NCBI GenBank assembly: GCA_964016885.1
Contig: OZ024741.1
Coordinates: 327,546,001 to 327,610,000 of the forward strand
DNA: 64,000 nt
DNA from: Eledone cirrhosa
Taxonomy: Eukaryota
Direction: 5' to 3'
Positions 13,288-26,000 of this stretch are shown here, one piece after another. The notes below the pieces were generated by a model. The model was not told where the DNA came from. It was given only the letters and a program-made list of their open reading frames with translations, and searched no databases. The position numbers were made by a program, and so were the translations under genes. Position 1 is the stretch's first letter. Each line of letters begins with the position of its first letter.

Positions 13288-16200
13288 ATGGCCGTACTTA
13301 GAATAGGCAGTATAAATGCACGTGGCATGGGGTCATCTTGGAAGCAGGGTTACCTGCTCAACGACCTCAGGACACTAGACATAGATGTGGTGGCCATCAA
13401 CGAGACCAGAATCTCCGAAGCACGAGCCTTCGCACCGACCTTCGGTGGCTACGATGTATACGCATCTCCCAGCCGTCCAGGATCGGGGAGAGGTGTTGCC
13501 GTCCTTTTTCGGAGAGGCTTGGATCTCACCATACGGGCCATCTTCCTGGACCCAGAAGGTAAGTCGGTGGTGATGGACGTGACCGGCAGCGAATGCAATG
13601 CTTTCAGGCTAGTAGCCGTCTACGCCCCAACTGGAGCAGGACGGCCAGATTTTTTCAGACGTCTACATACCTTTCTTGGAACGTCCCGCTCTTTAGTGTT
13701 AGTGGGCGACTGGAACGGTATCTTGGATGCACGCTGGGAATATGTGGGACTAGTGGATAGGGGAGGAGGGTGCAAGAGCCTCACCAACCTGCTCAGATGT
13801 TTGAACTGTCTGACAGATATCGACTGGATCACCCGAATGTGCCAATGTGGACATGGACAAACCGCTTCGGGTCATCCAGATCTTATCTCGATAGGGTATT
13901 CTGCAGAGAACTAGATAAGGCTAGTATAAGTTGTCCACAATTTAAAATAGTCGACTACACAGATCACAAATTTGGGATCTGTGAGATCGACATAGACAGA
14001 CTTCATAGACAAGGACCGGGTTACTGGAAATTAAGCGCGTCTTTCCCGGCGCGCGAAGCCTACAGAGTTCGGATTAGCGTTTTAGTTAAGCGGGCGTTGA
14101 TGGGAGAAGTCGTCAACAACAGGTAGTGGTTCGCCCTGAAAAAAGCAATTAAAGTAGAGTCGATTAGGTTTAGCAAATGACTAGTGACAGAGGAAAATAG
14201 AGTAGAGGGAGAGCTAGTCTAAAAGCTAGAAGAGGCGTTTAGGACAGGCATCGCAACCGACGTTCTTGCGGCGAGATTGGCACTCGACCAATTCTACAAC
14301 GCAAAAGACGAAGGCTGCGTTGTCAGAACTAGAGCGCGGTCTCTGAAACACGAGGGGACAAAAGCCGTCCAATGGGCCCGGGTGGCAGGGGCGCGACGTG
14401 GCAACAAAGCCATAATTCGGTCGTTGTCTGACCAAAACCGGTGCGTGTTGCCCGAACCCGAGCAGATGTGTTAGGCTTTTCAGCAGCACTTTGCTGAACT
14501 GTTCGGGAGCAGCGACGGGCCGGATCGGGTATGGACTTCAGTGCATACCTCGACGGACTTCCTCGGCTCTCGACGACCGCAGCACAGTGTTAAGAAACGC
14601 CAATAACAGCAGGTGAAATACGGGAAGCGATGGCTAAATGCACGAGGGGTAAATCGGCAGGTTTGGATGGTCTGCCCTACGACCTTTATGCATTTATGCC
14701 AGACTTGTTGGGTTACCTCTTGGCAGACGTCTACTGCAACTGGCAGCAGAACAGGTGCATTCCCATTTTTTTAGCCGGGGAGCGGGGGCGCTGCTGAGAA
14801 AGACCCGATCATGGGGGATGTTATCGATAATTTCAGGCCCATAACCCTGCTAAACGCAGAGTTCAAGATTTTGGCCAAGGTGTCGCTTGTCGTCGAGGGT
14901 CTGTTGGGAGAGGTGCAGACATGTGCCATTCCGGACAGATCCATACACGACAACCTCCACCTAATGTGATACATCGTAGAGAGGGTGGTTAAGGAACCTG
15001 GAACGAGTGGGGCTCTGATCAACTTGGATCAATCCAACGCATTCGATAGGGTCGACCATCGGTATCTGACGGCGGTCCTCGAGGCAGCCGGTTTTGGGCC
15101 CGTTTCTAGCGGTTGGATCGCTGCGATGTATAGCAACATCTGCTCTGTTGTGAGGGTGAACGGTCACCTGTCGCAGCCGTTCAGCATCATGCGCTCGGTC
15201 CGCCAGGGTTGTCCCGTCTCGTCCCTTTTGTACGTATTGGTTCTCGAGCCGTTACTGCACAAACTGGGGACGATGAGGGGCGTCCCACGCAAACTAGGAT
15301 GCGGTAAATCCAAGTCGGCTTACGACGACGACGTCACCGTGGTGGTGTTGAGCACCAGACACGTCCAGATGCTCGGCACCACCCTCAAGGAATACAAAGC
15401 GGTGACAGGAGCAAAGATAAACCGTGAAAAGTCGGTGGGCTTGCAACTAGGCACCTCGAGAAGCAAGTCCATGCCGTCCCACAGCGTCGTGGGACGTTGG
15501 ACGGACGGATGGGTTAAATTGCTCGGGGTCTTGTTCGGATCGGACCTCCAGATGGAGAAAAACTGGATCGAGGTGACGAGCAGCGTGGCCTGTCTCACCC
15601 AGAAATGGGCCGAGAGGAAACTGTTCCTGAAATGCCGGGCGGAGGGGGCCAATGCGTACATCGCATCCGTCATCTGCTATCGCCTTACCGTCGTCTCTTA
15701 CCCCGGCCCAGCTCCCACCAAAATAGAGCACCTCCTCTTCCGCTTTTTGTTGAAGGGACGCGCTCACATGTTCAGACGATCCATCTGCTGTCAACAATCT
15801 TGGCGTCGAGGACTAGGCATGCCATGGCTGATGATGCGCAAACATGCGCTGAGGCTGCGACATCACTGGTGCTTCCTTGACGGTGAACAGTGTGGACGTC
15901 GTTCGCCAGGCATTTTTTCCCACGGCTCGTCTCTTTGACGGAGCTGCAGTCATGGGTCAGGAAAAGACCGAGGTATAGTGCTTGGAAACTGGAAGGTCTC
16001 CAGGCGCTCACCGCCCTCTGCCAGCTGGGCGCCAGTATCGGTGGAACATCCACCTTGGCGTTCTATAGAGGACTAGTGGAGGGGAAGGGCGCCGACGTTC
16101 TCGGAGAGACCCTGAGTGTCGAAGAAGACCAGCTGTTTGCTCTCTTCCGGAGAACGTTCAGCCCAGGGCACATGGATAACTTCCAAAAATCCCTGGCCTC

Positions 16201-16688
16201 GCAGTGCTACCGGGGAGCGTTGCCGGTTCGAGATAAGCTCTACAGGCACGGAAGTGCCGTCAGCCAAGCCTGTCCGAGATGCGCGCAGAGTGATGAAACT
16301 GTCGTGCATGTACTCGTTCAGTGCGCGAGCATTGCTGACTTGTGGAGCTATGTCGAACAGTTGCTGTCGCGTGTAGGACTGATCCGGTTATCGACTGAGT
16401 CCATTGTGCAGATGGTCTTTCCCGTCTTCCTTCGAGGAGGAAGGGCAGGCTGGTTTCATCTGCCTGGTGGCCATGGCGAAATAGATTGTGTGGTGGACAA
16501 GGTTGAAAAGGTTAAAGACAGACACTTTCCTCTTCAGAGAATCCCTAATTAACTTTTTCAAGTTTCACTTGAAGAGGAAAATCAGCGTGGAGAGGCAAGT
16601 GCTGCCTTCTAGCAAGTTTGTTGAAAGGTGGGTGAATGTAGCGAGAATGGTCCGAGTGAACGGGACCGCTCTGAATATACGTCTGTAG
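13288..16688 (+). pseudogene. Tx1 copy A ORF2 (APE-RT-CCHC), multiple stops and frameshifts
   Basis: ORFs 13252-13914, 13770-14126, 14985-15938, 15890-16552 and 16488-16688. Confidence 0.9.
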
Positions 16689-17009
16689 TTTGAGAAATGA
16701 AAAAATTGAGAGAGGGTGCTTGCCCTGGTGGTCAGGGTAGCCGTGGTCTTTTGTGTGGTTCTCGCCACGAGTAACCTTCGGAGGTTTCCCCCATATTGTG
16801 GGATTTTTCATTGTTTCAATTTTCAATTTTATTGTTTATATATATATATGTTTCTATGTCTTTTTTTTCTTTTCTTATATAAATAATAACAATATTTGCA
16901 CGCACAAAACCCACATCGTACCGTCCTGTACCGTTCTGTGCCGTCTGTAATGTTTTTCTAGATGTCAGCCCTTGTGGCCAATAAAGAAATCATTATTATT
17001 ATTATTATT

Positions 17010-20000
17010 GAATGCCATGGTTGACGGAGGCTCGGCTCTGTAAGGTATTGTAAATTTTAACCGCTATAACAATTGTAAATTGTTTAAAACTTTAACCAAA
17101 TTGTAGACAAAAACACTCTCCTCCTCGTGAGAGGGGTCTTTCTGCACGTTATTTGGCCCTTCAGGGTTAAATAACCGCTTATTGGGGTTTTGTGCCCAAT
17201 ATTTATTTTAAACCAAAACAAAACATGGTTACAAAAAAGAATGTTCAGAAGTCACTCCCACTTATTCCGTCTTCTTCTTCCTCAATCGTCACTACACCAG
17301 AGAGAAGATTGTATCTCTCCCTCCCTTCTCTTTCGCAAGCGACGCCAGTAAAGAAAAATAGTTTCCAAAATCACGTGCAAAACGTGGAACATTTCTCCAC
17401 GACAACGACAACGACGAAAAAGGTGTGCGGTAAATACGAAGACCGATTTCATTCGTCTGACGTCATGAATAATAGCAGTAGCAGCCGTAATAACAGCAGC
17501 AGCAGCAACAGTGACAAGGAAAACACAAATAGCAGACGCAACAGCATCAGCAGCAGCATAAACAACAACAGCATTGGCAGCAACAGCAACAACAACAGCA
17601 GCAGCAGCAACAACAACAACAACCACAGCAACAGCGGCGGCGGCAGTCGTAGTACCAGCAGCAACAACAAAAGTAACAGCAGCTCTGACGACGACAACAA
17701 CAACAACAAAGAAAAACCAATCTCATTTGCAAGTATCGCAAAGAACCTGGAAACCATCCTTATAACAAATGAGGAATTACAGGAAGCAAAGAAGATGGTG
17801 AAGAAAAGCGGACACCGAGCAATCTGCAAGGCAGCCGAAACATTTTTCGAAACCCAACAGTACCGTACAGTAAGCACAAAATCCCGTAGGGTTGAAAGGG
17901 CCACAGAGGCTCAAATACAAAAAGCCTTAGGGTCTGTGTGGCAGCGGAAAACGCATATAACCCGAGGCAAGAAATATGCCACCGTGGACGTGCATTTTTT
18001 CACACCCCAGGAGGCAAAGGCTCAATCCTTAGTGACCTTAAGGAGCGAGGAAATGGTGTTGGTTCCCTCCTACTGCGGACAAAAAATTGTGAGGATCAAA
18101 CTGCAAACGGGTGCCCCTTCTTGGCTGGCCGCGTCTGTCCTCGTCGGAATCGAGGACAAAACAACTGTACTGCAAGTACAGAAAAAAGTACGAGAAGATT
18201 ATGTCGGCACCTCCATTGAGATGTTGATCAAAACCAACCAGGAGTGCATCGAAGCTATCCTGGATGTGATAGACTTCGATAACGGCACTCAACTGCCCAT
18301 AAGTGTTGAGGGAAAACGCCCGAAATGCTTTCGCTGTGGTCGAAGACTCACCTCAGAGCCTTCTGCAATGAGAACACCCTGAGAAAGGAGAAAACCCCCT
18401 CCTTCCGAAACCGGCTCCACTGCTACCAGCAACAGGACAGGCGGCAACCAGGAACGATAGGTCCGTGGCACCCATACCCACGCCACAGAAATCAAGAACA
18501 GCAGAAGCAGTGGAAGTATTAACAACAACAACAGCAATACCAACTGCAGCTGCAACAGAGGCTCCACTGCAAACATCACCAACAACAAGTGAAAGAGTCG
18601 AGCTGGTACCCCTCCCCGACCTCACAGTATCGGACATGGAGTGTGAGGTGGGAGAGGGATGGCAAAAGGTCGCACGAAGGCACAAACGCAGAAGCAGCGC
18701 ATCGTCGCCTTCGAAAAGGGAGGAAAGAAACGAAAAAAGGGTAAAGGCTACTGTAAAAAGACTTACAGCTGCAACACCACCAACACCATCACCACCCACA
18801 CTAGCACCACCATCAACACCGGCGGCAACCACACCGCCAACAACAACAACACCTTCAACACCACTACCACAAGCACCAACATCGCAAACACAACAAAACA
18901 CACACACTCATCAACAACGGCAAGAAAATAGCAGAACCACACCGCACCCCCAGAAAAACAAATGCACAGCAATAAATACACACAACAAGAAATTAATGAC
19001 TTACATAATTGAACACACAGACATTTCATAGCACGACTACATAATGCCAGCACCAATCAAAACACCAACGAACATAAGACTGGTAAAAATACCACAGAAA
19101 CAATAAACAAACATTAAACGAAATTCCCCAACGCCGTTGGTGATTTCAGAGACCTAGGAGGGATACTCAACCGGAGGGTATATTCGGATATACTCACAGA
19201 GGAGAAGACGACCAGCCGAAGGGTTCAGTCAACTGTCCCTTCACCAGACGATCAAGTGAAAAGGGATGATGAAACCATCCTTCCTCTGCGAGAAGAAGTA
19301 AGGTAAGTGGTCTTTCCTCATCTTTTCCACTCCATTTCAACATGACCTCACTCAGAATAGGCAGCATAAATACGCGTGGCTTCGGGTCGTCATGGAAGCA
19401 GGGCCACCTACTCAACGAGCTCAGGTCACTAAACATAGATGTAGTGGCCATCAGCGAGACCAGAATCTCCGAAGCACGGGCCTTCGCACCGATCTTCGGC
19501 TGCAACGATGTGTACGCATCTCCCAGCCGTCCAGGATCGGGGAGAGGTGTTGCCGTCCTTTTTCGGAGAGGCTTGGATCTCACCATACGGGCCATCTTCC
19601 TGGACACAGAAGGTAAGTTGCTGGTGCTGGACGTGACCAGAGGAGAAGGGCAAGCTTTCAGGCTAGTGGCCGTCTATGCCCCGACAGGAGCAGGGCGGCC
19701 TGATTTCTTCCGGCGTGTGGAGACCTTTCTAGGAACGTCCCGCTCTTTAGAGTTAGTGGGCGACTGGTACGGGATCTTAGATGCACGCTGGGACTGTGTG
19801 TGATTAGCGGATATGGGAGGAGGGTGCAAGAGCCTCACCAACCTGCTCAGGCGTTTTGAACTGTCTGACACGTACCGATTGGATTTCCCGAATGTGCCAA
19901 TGTGGACTTGGACAAATCGCATAGGGTCATCCAGATCATATCTAGATAGAGTATTTTGTAGGGAAATAGATAGGTCTAGCATAGGCTGTCCACAATTCAA

Positions 20001-23000
20001 GATAGTCGGCTACACGGACCACAAATTCGTGATCTGTGTGTTTGATTTAGATAGGCTTCATAGACGAGGACCAGGCTACTGGTACCTAAACGCGTCCTTA
20101 CCAGCGCGCAAGGCCTACAGAGACCGGAATAGCGAACTAGTTAAGCGGGCGTTGACGGGGCCATCGTCAACAACAAGCGGTGGTTTGCTCTGAAAAGAGC
20201 GATTAGAATAGAATCCATTAGGTTTAGTAAGGCTTTAGCAATAGAGAAAAATAGAGCAGAGGGAGAACTAGTTAGAAAATTAGACGAGGCGCTTAGCAAA
20301 GGCATCGCGACCGACGTGCTTGCGGCGAAATTGGCCCTTGACCAATTCTTCAATACAAAGCACGAAGGCTGCGTTTTCAGAGCTAGGGTGCGTGCTCTCA
20401 GACACGAGGGGACGAAAGCCGTTCAATGGACCGGAGTGGCGGAGGCGCGTCGTGGCAACAAAGCCACGATCCGGTCATTGGTGGACCACGACGGGCGCAT
20501 GCTACTCGATCCCGGGCAAATGTGTGAAGCTTTTCCGCGACACTTCACTCAGCTGTTCGGGGGCAGCGGTGCGCCGGGTCGAGGGATGGACTTTAGTGTC
20601 TACCTCGACGGATTGCCGTGGCTCTCGGCCACTGAGGCGGAGTGTTGCGACAAGCCGATAACAGCCGCTGAAGTAAGGGAGGCAATGACTGGCTGCACAA
20701 GGAGTAAATCGCCTGGTTTGGATGGAGTGCCCTATGAACTTTACGTACAGATGCAAGACTTGTTCGGAGACCTCTTGGCGGACGTCTACTGCAACTGGCA
20801 ACAGAACGGGAGAATTTCCCAGCTCTGTGAGCCGAGGAACGGTGGCACTGCTGAGAAAGGTTCCGAACAAGGGGGATAACATAGATTATTTTAGGCCCAT
20901 AACTCTGCTAAACACAGAGTTCAAGATTTTCGCCAAGGTGCTAGCAAAGAGGTTGGCGCTTGTCTTTGGTGGTCTGGTGGGAGAGGCGCAGACATGCGCC
21001 ATTCCCGACAGACCCACCACGACAATCTCCACCTCATGCGATACATCGTAGAGAGGGTAGCTAGGGAACCTGGCACGGGTGGGTCCTTGATCAATTTAGA
21101 TTAGTCGAAAGCTTTCGATAGGGTCGACCACCGTTACCTAGCAGCAGTCGTGAGTGCGGCTGGCTTTGGGCCCGTCTTCAGAGACTGGATCGCTGCCATG
21201 CACAGCAACATCTGCTCTGTCGTGAGAGTGAACGGTCTACTTTCGGAACCGTTCAACATCATGCGCTCGGTCCGCCAAGGATGTCCCTTCTCGTCCCTCT
21301 TGTACGTATTGACTCTCGAGCCATTACTGCACAAACTGGAGACGTTGAGGGGCGTCCGGTGCGAACAAGGATGCTGAAGATCCGTGTCAGCATATGCGGA
21401 CGATGTCACCGTAGTGGTGTCGAACGCCAAACACATCGAGGCGATCGGCACTACACGAAGAGAATACGAAGCGGTGACAGGAGCAATGATCAACCAGGAA
21501 AAGCCAGTGGGCCTGCAGCTCGGCACCTGGAGATGCAGGTCCATGCCGTCCAACAGCGTCGCGGGACGCTGGGCGGACGGACCGGTTAAATTGCTAGGTG
21601 TCTGGTTCGGTCCGGACCTCCAGCCGGACAAAAACTGGGACGAGGTGACGAGCAGGGTGGCTTCTCTCACCCAGAAATGGGCGGAGAGGAAGCTATCCCT
21701 GAAAGGTCGAGCGGAGGTGGCTAACGCGTACATCGCGTCTGTCATCTGCTACCGCCTGACCGTCGTACCTTGTCCTAAGCCCCGCCTGACTGCGCTGGAG
21801 CGTTTGTTCTTTCGCTTTTTGTGGAAGGGACGCCGTCCGTTGGTCAGGCGGTCCATCTGCTGTCAACACCGTCTACGTGGAGGGCTGGGAATGCTGTGGC
21901 TGATGATGCGCAGACACGTGCTAGGCTACGAAATCTCCACCTCTTCCTCGACGGTGATTAGGTGTGGTCGCCGTTTGCTAGACGCGTGTTTCCCCAGCTC
22001 TTTTCCTTGACGGAGCTGCAGTCCTGGGTCAAGCGAAGATCGAGAGGGAGCGCCTGGAGACTGGAATGTCTTCAGGCGCTCACAGCCCTCGACCAATCTG
22101 GCAATGTGATCGGTAGAAACACCACCTCGGCGTTCTATAGAGGATTAGTGGAGGGGAAGAGCGACGACGTACTTGGAGAAAATCTAGGCGTCGACGAAAA
22201 TCAACTAGCCAATCTCTTCGGAAGAACTTTCGGGCCGGGAGCTATGGACAATTTCCAGAAATCTCTGGCCTGGTAGTGCTACCGAGGAGCCTTGCCAGTT
22301 CGGGATAAACTCTACAGGCATGGCGGTGCCGGCAGCCGGGCATGTCCTAGATGTGCGCAGGGCGACGAAATCGTCCTGCACGCACTCGTCCAGTGTCCGA
22401 AAATTGCTGACTCGTGGGTTTATGTCGAACACCTGCTGTCGCGTGTAGGACGGATCCGGCTATCATCTGAGTCCATCGTGAGGAATGCCCCCATTCCCTC
22501 TTCCTTTAGCCGGGAAGGGCAGGCAGTTTTTATCTGTCTGGTGGCCATGGCGAAAGAGATAGTATGGTGGACACGTTTGAAAGGGCTGAAGACGAGCACT
22601 TACCTCTTCGGTGATGCCCTGATTAACTTTTTCAAATTTCATTTGAAAAGGAAAATCAGAGTAGAGTGGGAAATGCTCTCTTCCCAGCATTTTGTTGAAA
22701 GATGGGTGAGAGAAGCAAGAATGGCCCGAGTGAATGGGCCTACTCTGAGTACGTATCTGTAAATTAAAGGTGGAAAACTGGGAGAGGGCATTTGCCTTGG
22801 TGGTCAGGGTCATTGTGGCCTTTTACTGGGCTTTCTCCACAAATGTCCCTCCGAAGTCTCCCCCCTATTGGGGAATTTTTCATTGTTATTTTTTTGTTAC
22901 ATCCTCTGTTTCTTGTTTTTTACACGCAGAAATGCCCATTTGTACCGTCCTGTATTGCCCTGCACTGTCCTTAATGTCTACTTTATGTAAACCCTTGTGG

Positions 23001-23012
23001 TTAATAAAGAAA

Positions 23013-23014
<2 letters not shown>
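17010..23014 (+). mobile_element. Tx1-clade LINE copy B, near full length, disrupted
   Basis: ORF1 from ATG 17225 (GKRPKCFRCG knuckle). ORF2 19342-22762 with APE, RT (AYADDV) and CCHC. Bounded by (ATT)n at 16992-17009 and 23015-23077. Confidence 0.9.
19342..22762 (+). pseudogene. Tx1 copy B ORF2 (APE-RT-CCHC), disrupted
   Basis: Chain of ORFs from 19342-19803 to 22292-22762. Confidence 0.9.
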
Positions 23015-23055
<41 letters not shown>

Positions 23056-23077
23056 CATTATTATTATTATTATTATT

Positions 23078-26000
23078 GGCGACCTACGTAGTATATCGTA
23101 TCATCGTGAGCTCCGCAAATGTTTGGTGTTTCCGTTTGTTAAAAATTGCCATTCATGGAAAATGTTATTGTTAACTGTATATAAGCGCACATACATTGTT
23201 TTCCGAAAAGGACACCCAAAAAGATTGGGGCCTTGTGCCCAAAATTTAAACATTTATAATTATCAAAAAAAATTTATTTGAAAAAAAAACATGGAAGTCG
23301 CACAGCCACACGAAGCTGACAGCCTTCCTCATAAACTAACACCTCACACCGACACCACCATTGTAAATACTACTACGTTTGCCAACACAAAAAATTTAAG
23401 AAGTAGCAATATTTTAAATTTGTCTCAGGCAGACATTCATTTCCCGCCATTACCAATGACTGCAGGTGTTAAAGCCGCCACCACCACCACACCACCACCG
23501 CGACCCCCCCCCCCCCACCACCGCGACAACATAAACAAAAGAAAAAATAAATTAACTTGTGATGTCGAAATGAATTCAACCAAAATGGACTCTTCCACAC
23601 CGAACACCACTGACGTCACCACCACCACAACTGAAACTAAAATATTAATAATAACAAAAATAACGATAACAACAACAGTAACAATGACATTAAAAAAACC
23701 ACCCTGAGTTTTGCCAGAGTAGCAAAACAGTGCGAAGCATTTCAGGTAACTCAGCAGGAATTAGAAAATGCCAAAAAAATGGTAAAGAAAGATGGGTACA
23801 GAGTCAACCTCACCGCCCACCTAATAAAATGGAGCATCGGCGCCTATGCACCGTGTCGTATCGAACAATTAATGTAAAATCGCGCCGAATGGAACGGGCA
23901 TCCGAGTCCCAAATACAAAAGGCTTTGGGACATGTGTGGTAAAGAAAAACCCACATCAGACGTGGGCAGAAGTATGGAACCGTGGACGTGTTCTTTGAAA
24001 CACCAGAGGAGGCTAGAGAACACTCCATGGCCCCATTAAGAAGTGACGACTTCACACTCACCCCAAGCTATTGCGGCCAGAGACTTGTTAATATCAGGGT
24101 GACCCACGTTCCACCGGCCATCGAAATTCCCTGGCTAATAGCGGCCGTCCTCGCCGGCATCGAAGCCAACACCAAGATAATAGCAATAGCAAAAGAAAAG
24201 CAGGAGAACTGGTCCGGATCTGGTACGGAGATCCTGATCCAAGCGGACCAAAAAAGCATTGAGGAGATCCCAGAGGTAATAGACCTCACTGACGGCAGCC
24301 ACCTCACCGTAATTGTCGAGGGCAGAAGGCCTAGGTGTGTCGTCTGTGGTGAAAGAACCCACCTAAGGGCTTTCTGCCCTCAGGCTAAAAGGTTGAGGCC
24401 ACCTCTCCTACCCACCCCAGTGACTCAACCATCAACACCACCAGTAGCAGAGATGGCAGCCACAACTGTAGCAGCAACAACAGAAGCAACTATAACAGCA
24501 ACAACCCCTGCAACAGTAGCACAACCAATACCACCACCACCCAACGTTTCAGAACTAGCACCAGTGCTTACACCATCCACCACGCCACGACCAAAACCAA
24601 CGCCTGTGGAGGACTTTCCACTCCCCCGCCTATCACAACTGGAGACAGATTGTGACGACGAGGAGTGGGAAACGGTATCAGGAAAAAAGAAAAAAAGAAA
24701 AAAATATCTTCCTTCCCCCTCCAAAAACAAAATACAGAGGGAAACAAATAAATTAACAAACAAAAAAGTTAGGACAGATATGCCACCATCCACACCAGCA
24801 TCACCAACCCCATCAACCCAAACACCAACACCATCACCATCATTAACCCCAACACCACCATCACCTACACCATAAAAGTCACCAAAATGCGAAACAAACA
24901 AACCCACAACAAACGCAAACAAAACAAAACAACCCAAACGATACACACTACACAGCTTTAAATATGAACAACAACCATTTATTACCCTACATCCAACACA
25001 ACACCAGCATCACAGAAAAAGATTACACAACAACCCAAAAATTCACACCACCTCCACACATACAAATCACTCGCATCACACAGAAAACGTACATGACACT
25101 AAAACAAGAATTCCCCAATGACATCGGAGACTTCCGACAAGCACTCTCCAGGAGGAATAATAAGGACAACCTTCCTGAGGAGGCCAAAAGCAGCGACAAG
25201 GATGGAAAAACCGTCCTTCCTCTACGAATAGTAAGGTAAGTGGTCTTTCCCATCTTTTCCACTCCATTTCAACATGACCTCACTCAGAATAGGCAGCATA
25301 AATGCGCGTGGCTTGGGGTCGTCATGGAAGCAGGGCCACCTGTTCAACAGCCTCAGGTCACTAAACATAGATGTAGTGGCCATCAGAGAGACCAGAATCT
25401 CCGAAGCACGGGTCTTCGCACCGATCTTCGGCGGCTACGATGTGTACGCATCTCCCAGCCGTCCGGGATAGGGGGGGGAATTGCTGTGCTTTTTCGGAGT
25501 GGTTTAGATCTTGCCATACGGGCCATATTCCTGGACCCAGAAGGTAAGTTGCTGGTGCTGGACGTGACCAGCGGAAACGGGCAAGCTTTTAGGTTAGTGG
25601 CCGTCTATGCCCCGACAGGAGCAGGGCGACCTGATTTCTTCCGGCGTCTGGAGACCTTTCTTGGAACGTCCCGCTCTTTAGTGTTAGTGGGCGACTGGTA
25701 CGGGATCTTAGATGCACGCTGGGACTGTGTGGGATTAGTGGATAGGGGAGGAGGGTGCAAGAGTCTCACCAACCTGCTTAGGCGTTGTGAACTGTCTGAC
25801 ACGTACCGATTGGTTTTCCCGAATGTGCCAATGTGGACTTGGACAAATCGCATAAGGTCATCCAGATCATATCTAGATAGAGTATTTTGTAAGGAAATAG
25901 ATAGGTCTAGCATAGGCTGTCCACAATTCAAGATAGTCAGCTACACGGACCACAAATTCGTGATCTGTGTGCTTGACTTAGATAGGCTTACTTGCGGCGA

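Larger units (their letters stand above)
10982..16991 (+). mobile_element. Tx1-clade LINE copy A, near full length, disrupted
   Basis: ORF1 with zinc knuckle RPKCYLCGSKGHLRAFC. ORF2 with APE (IGSINARG, VYAP, GDWN, YLDR, TDH), RT (SVRQGCP, AYDDDV) and C-terminal CPRC..H...C. AATAAA then (ATT)6. Confidence 0.9.
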
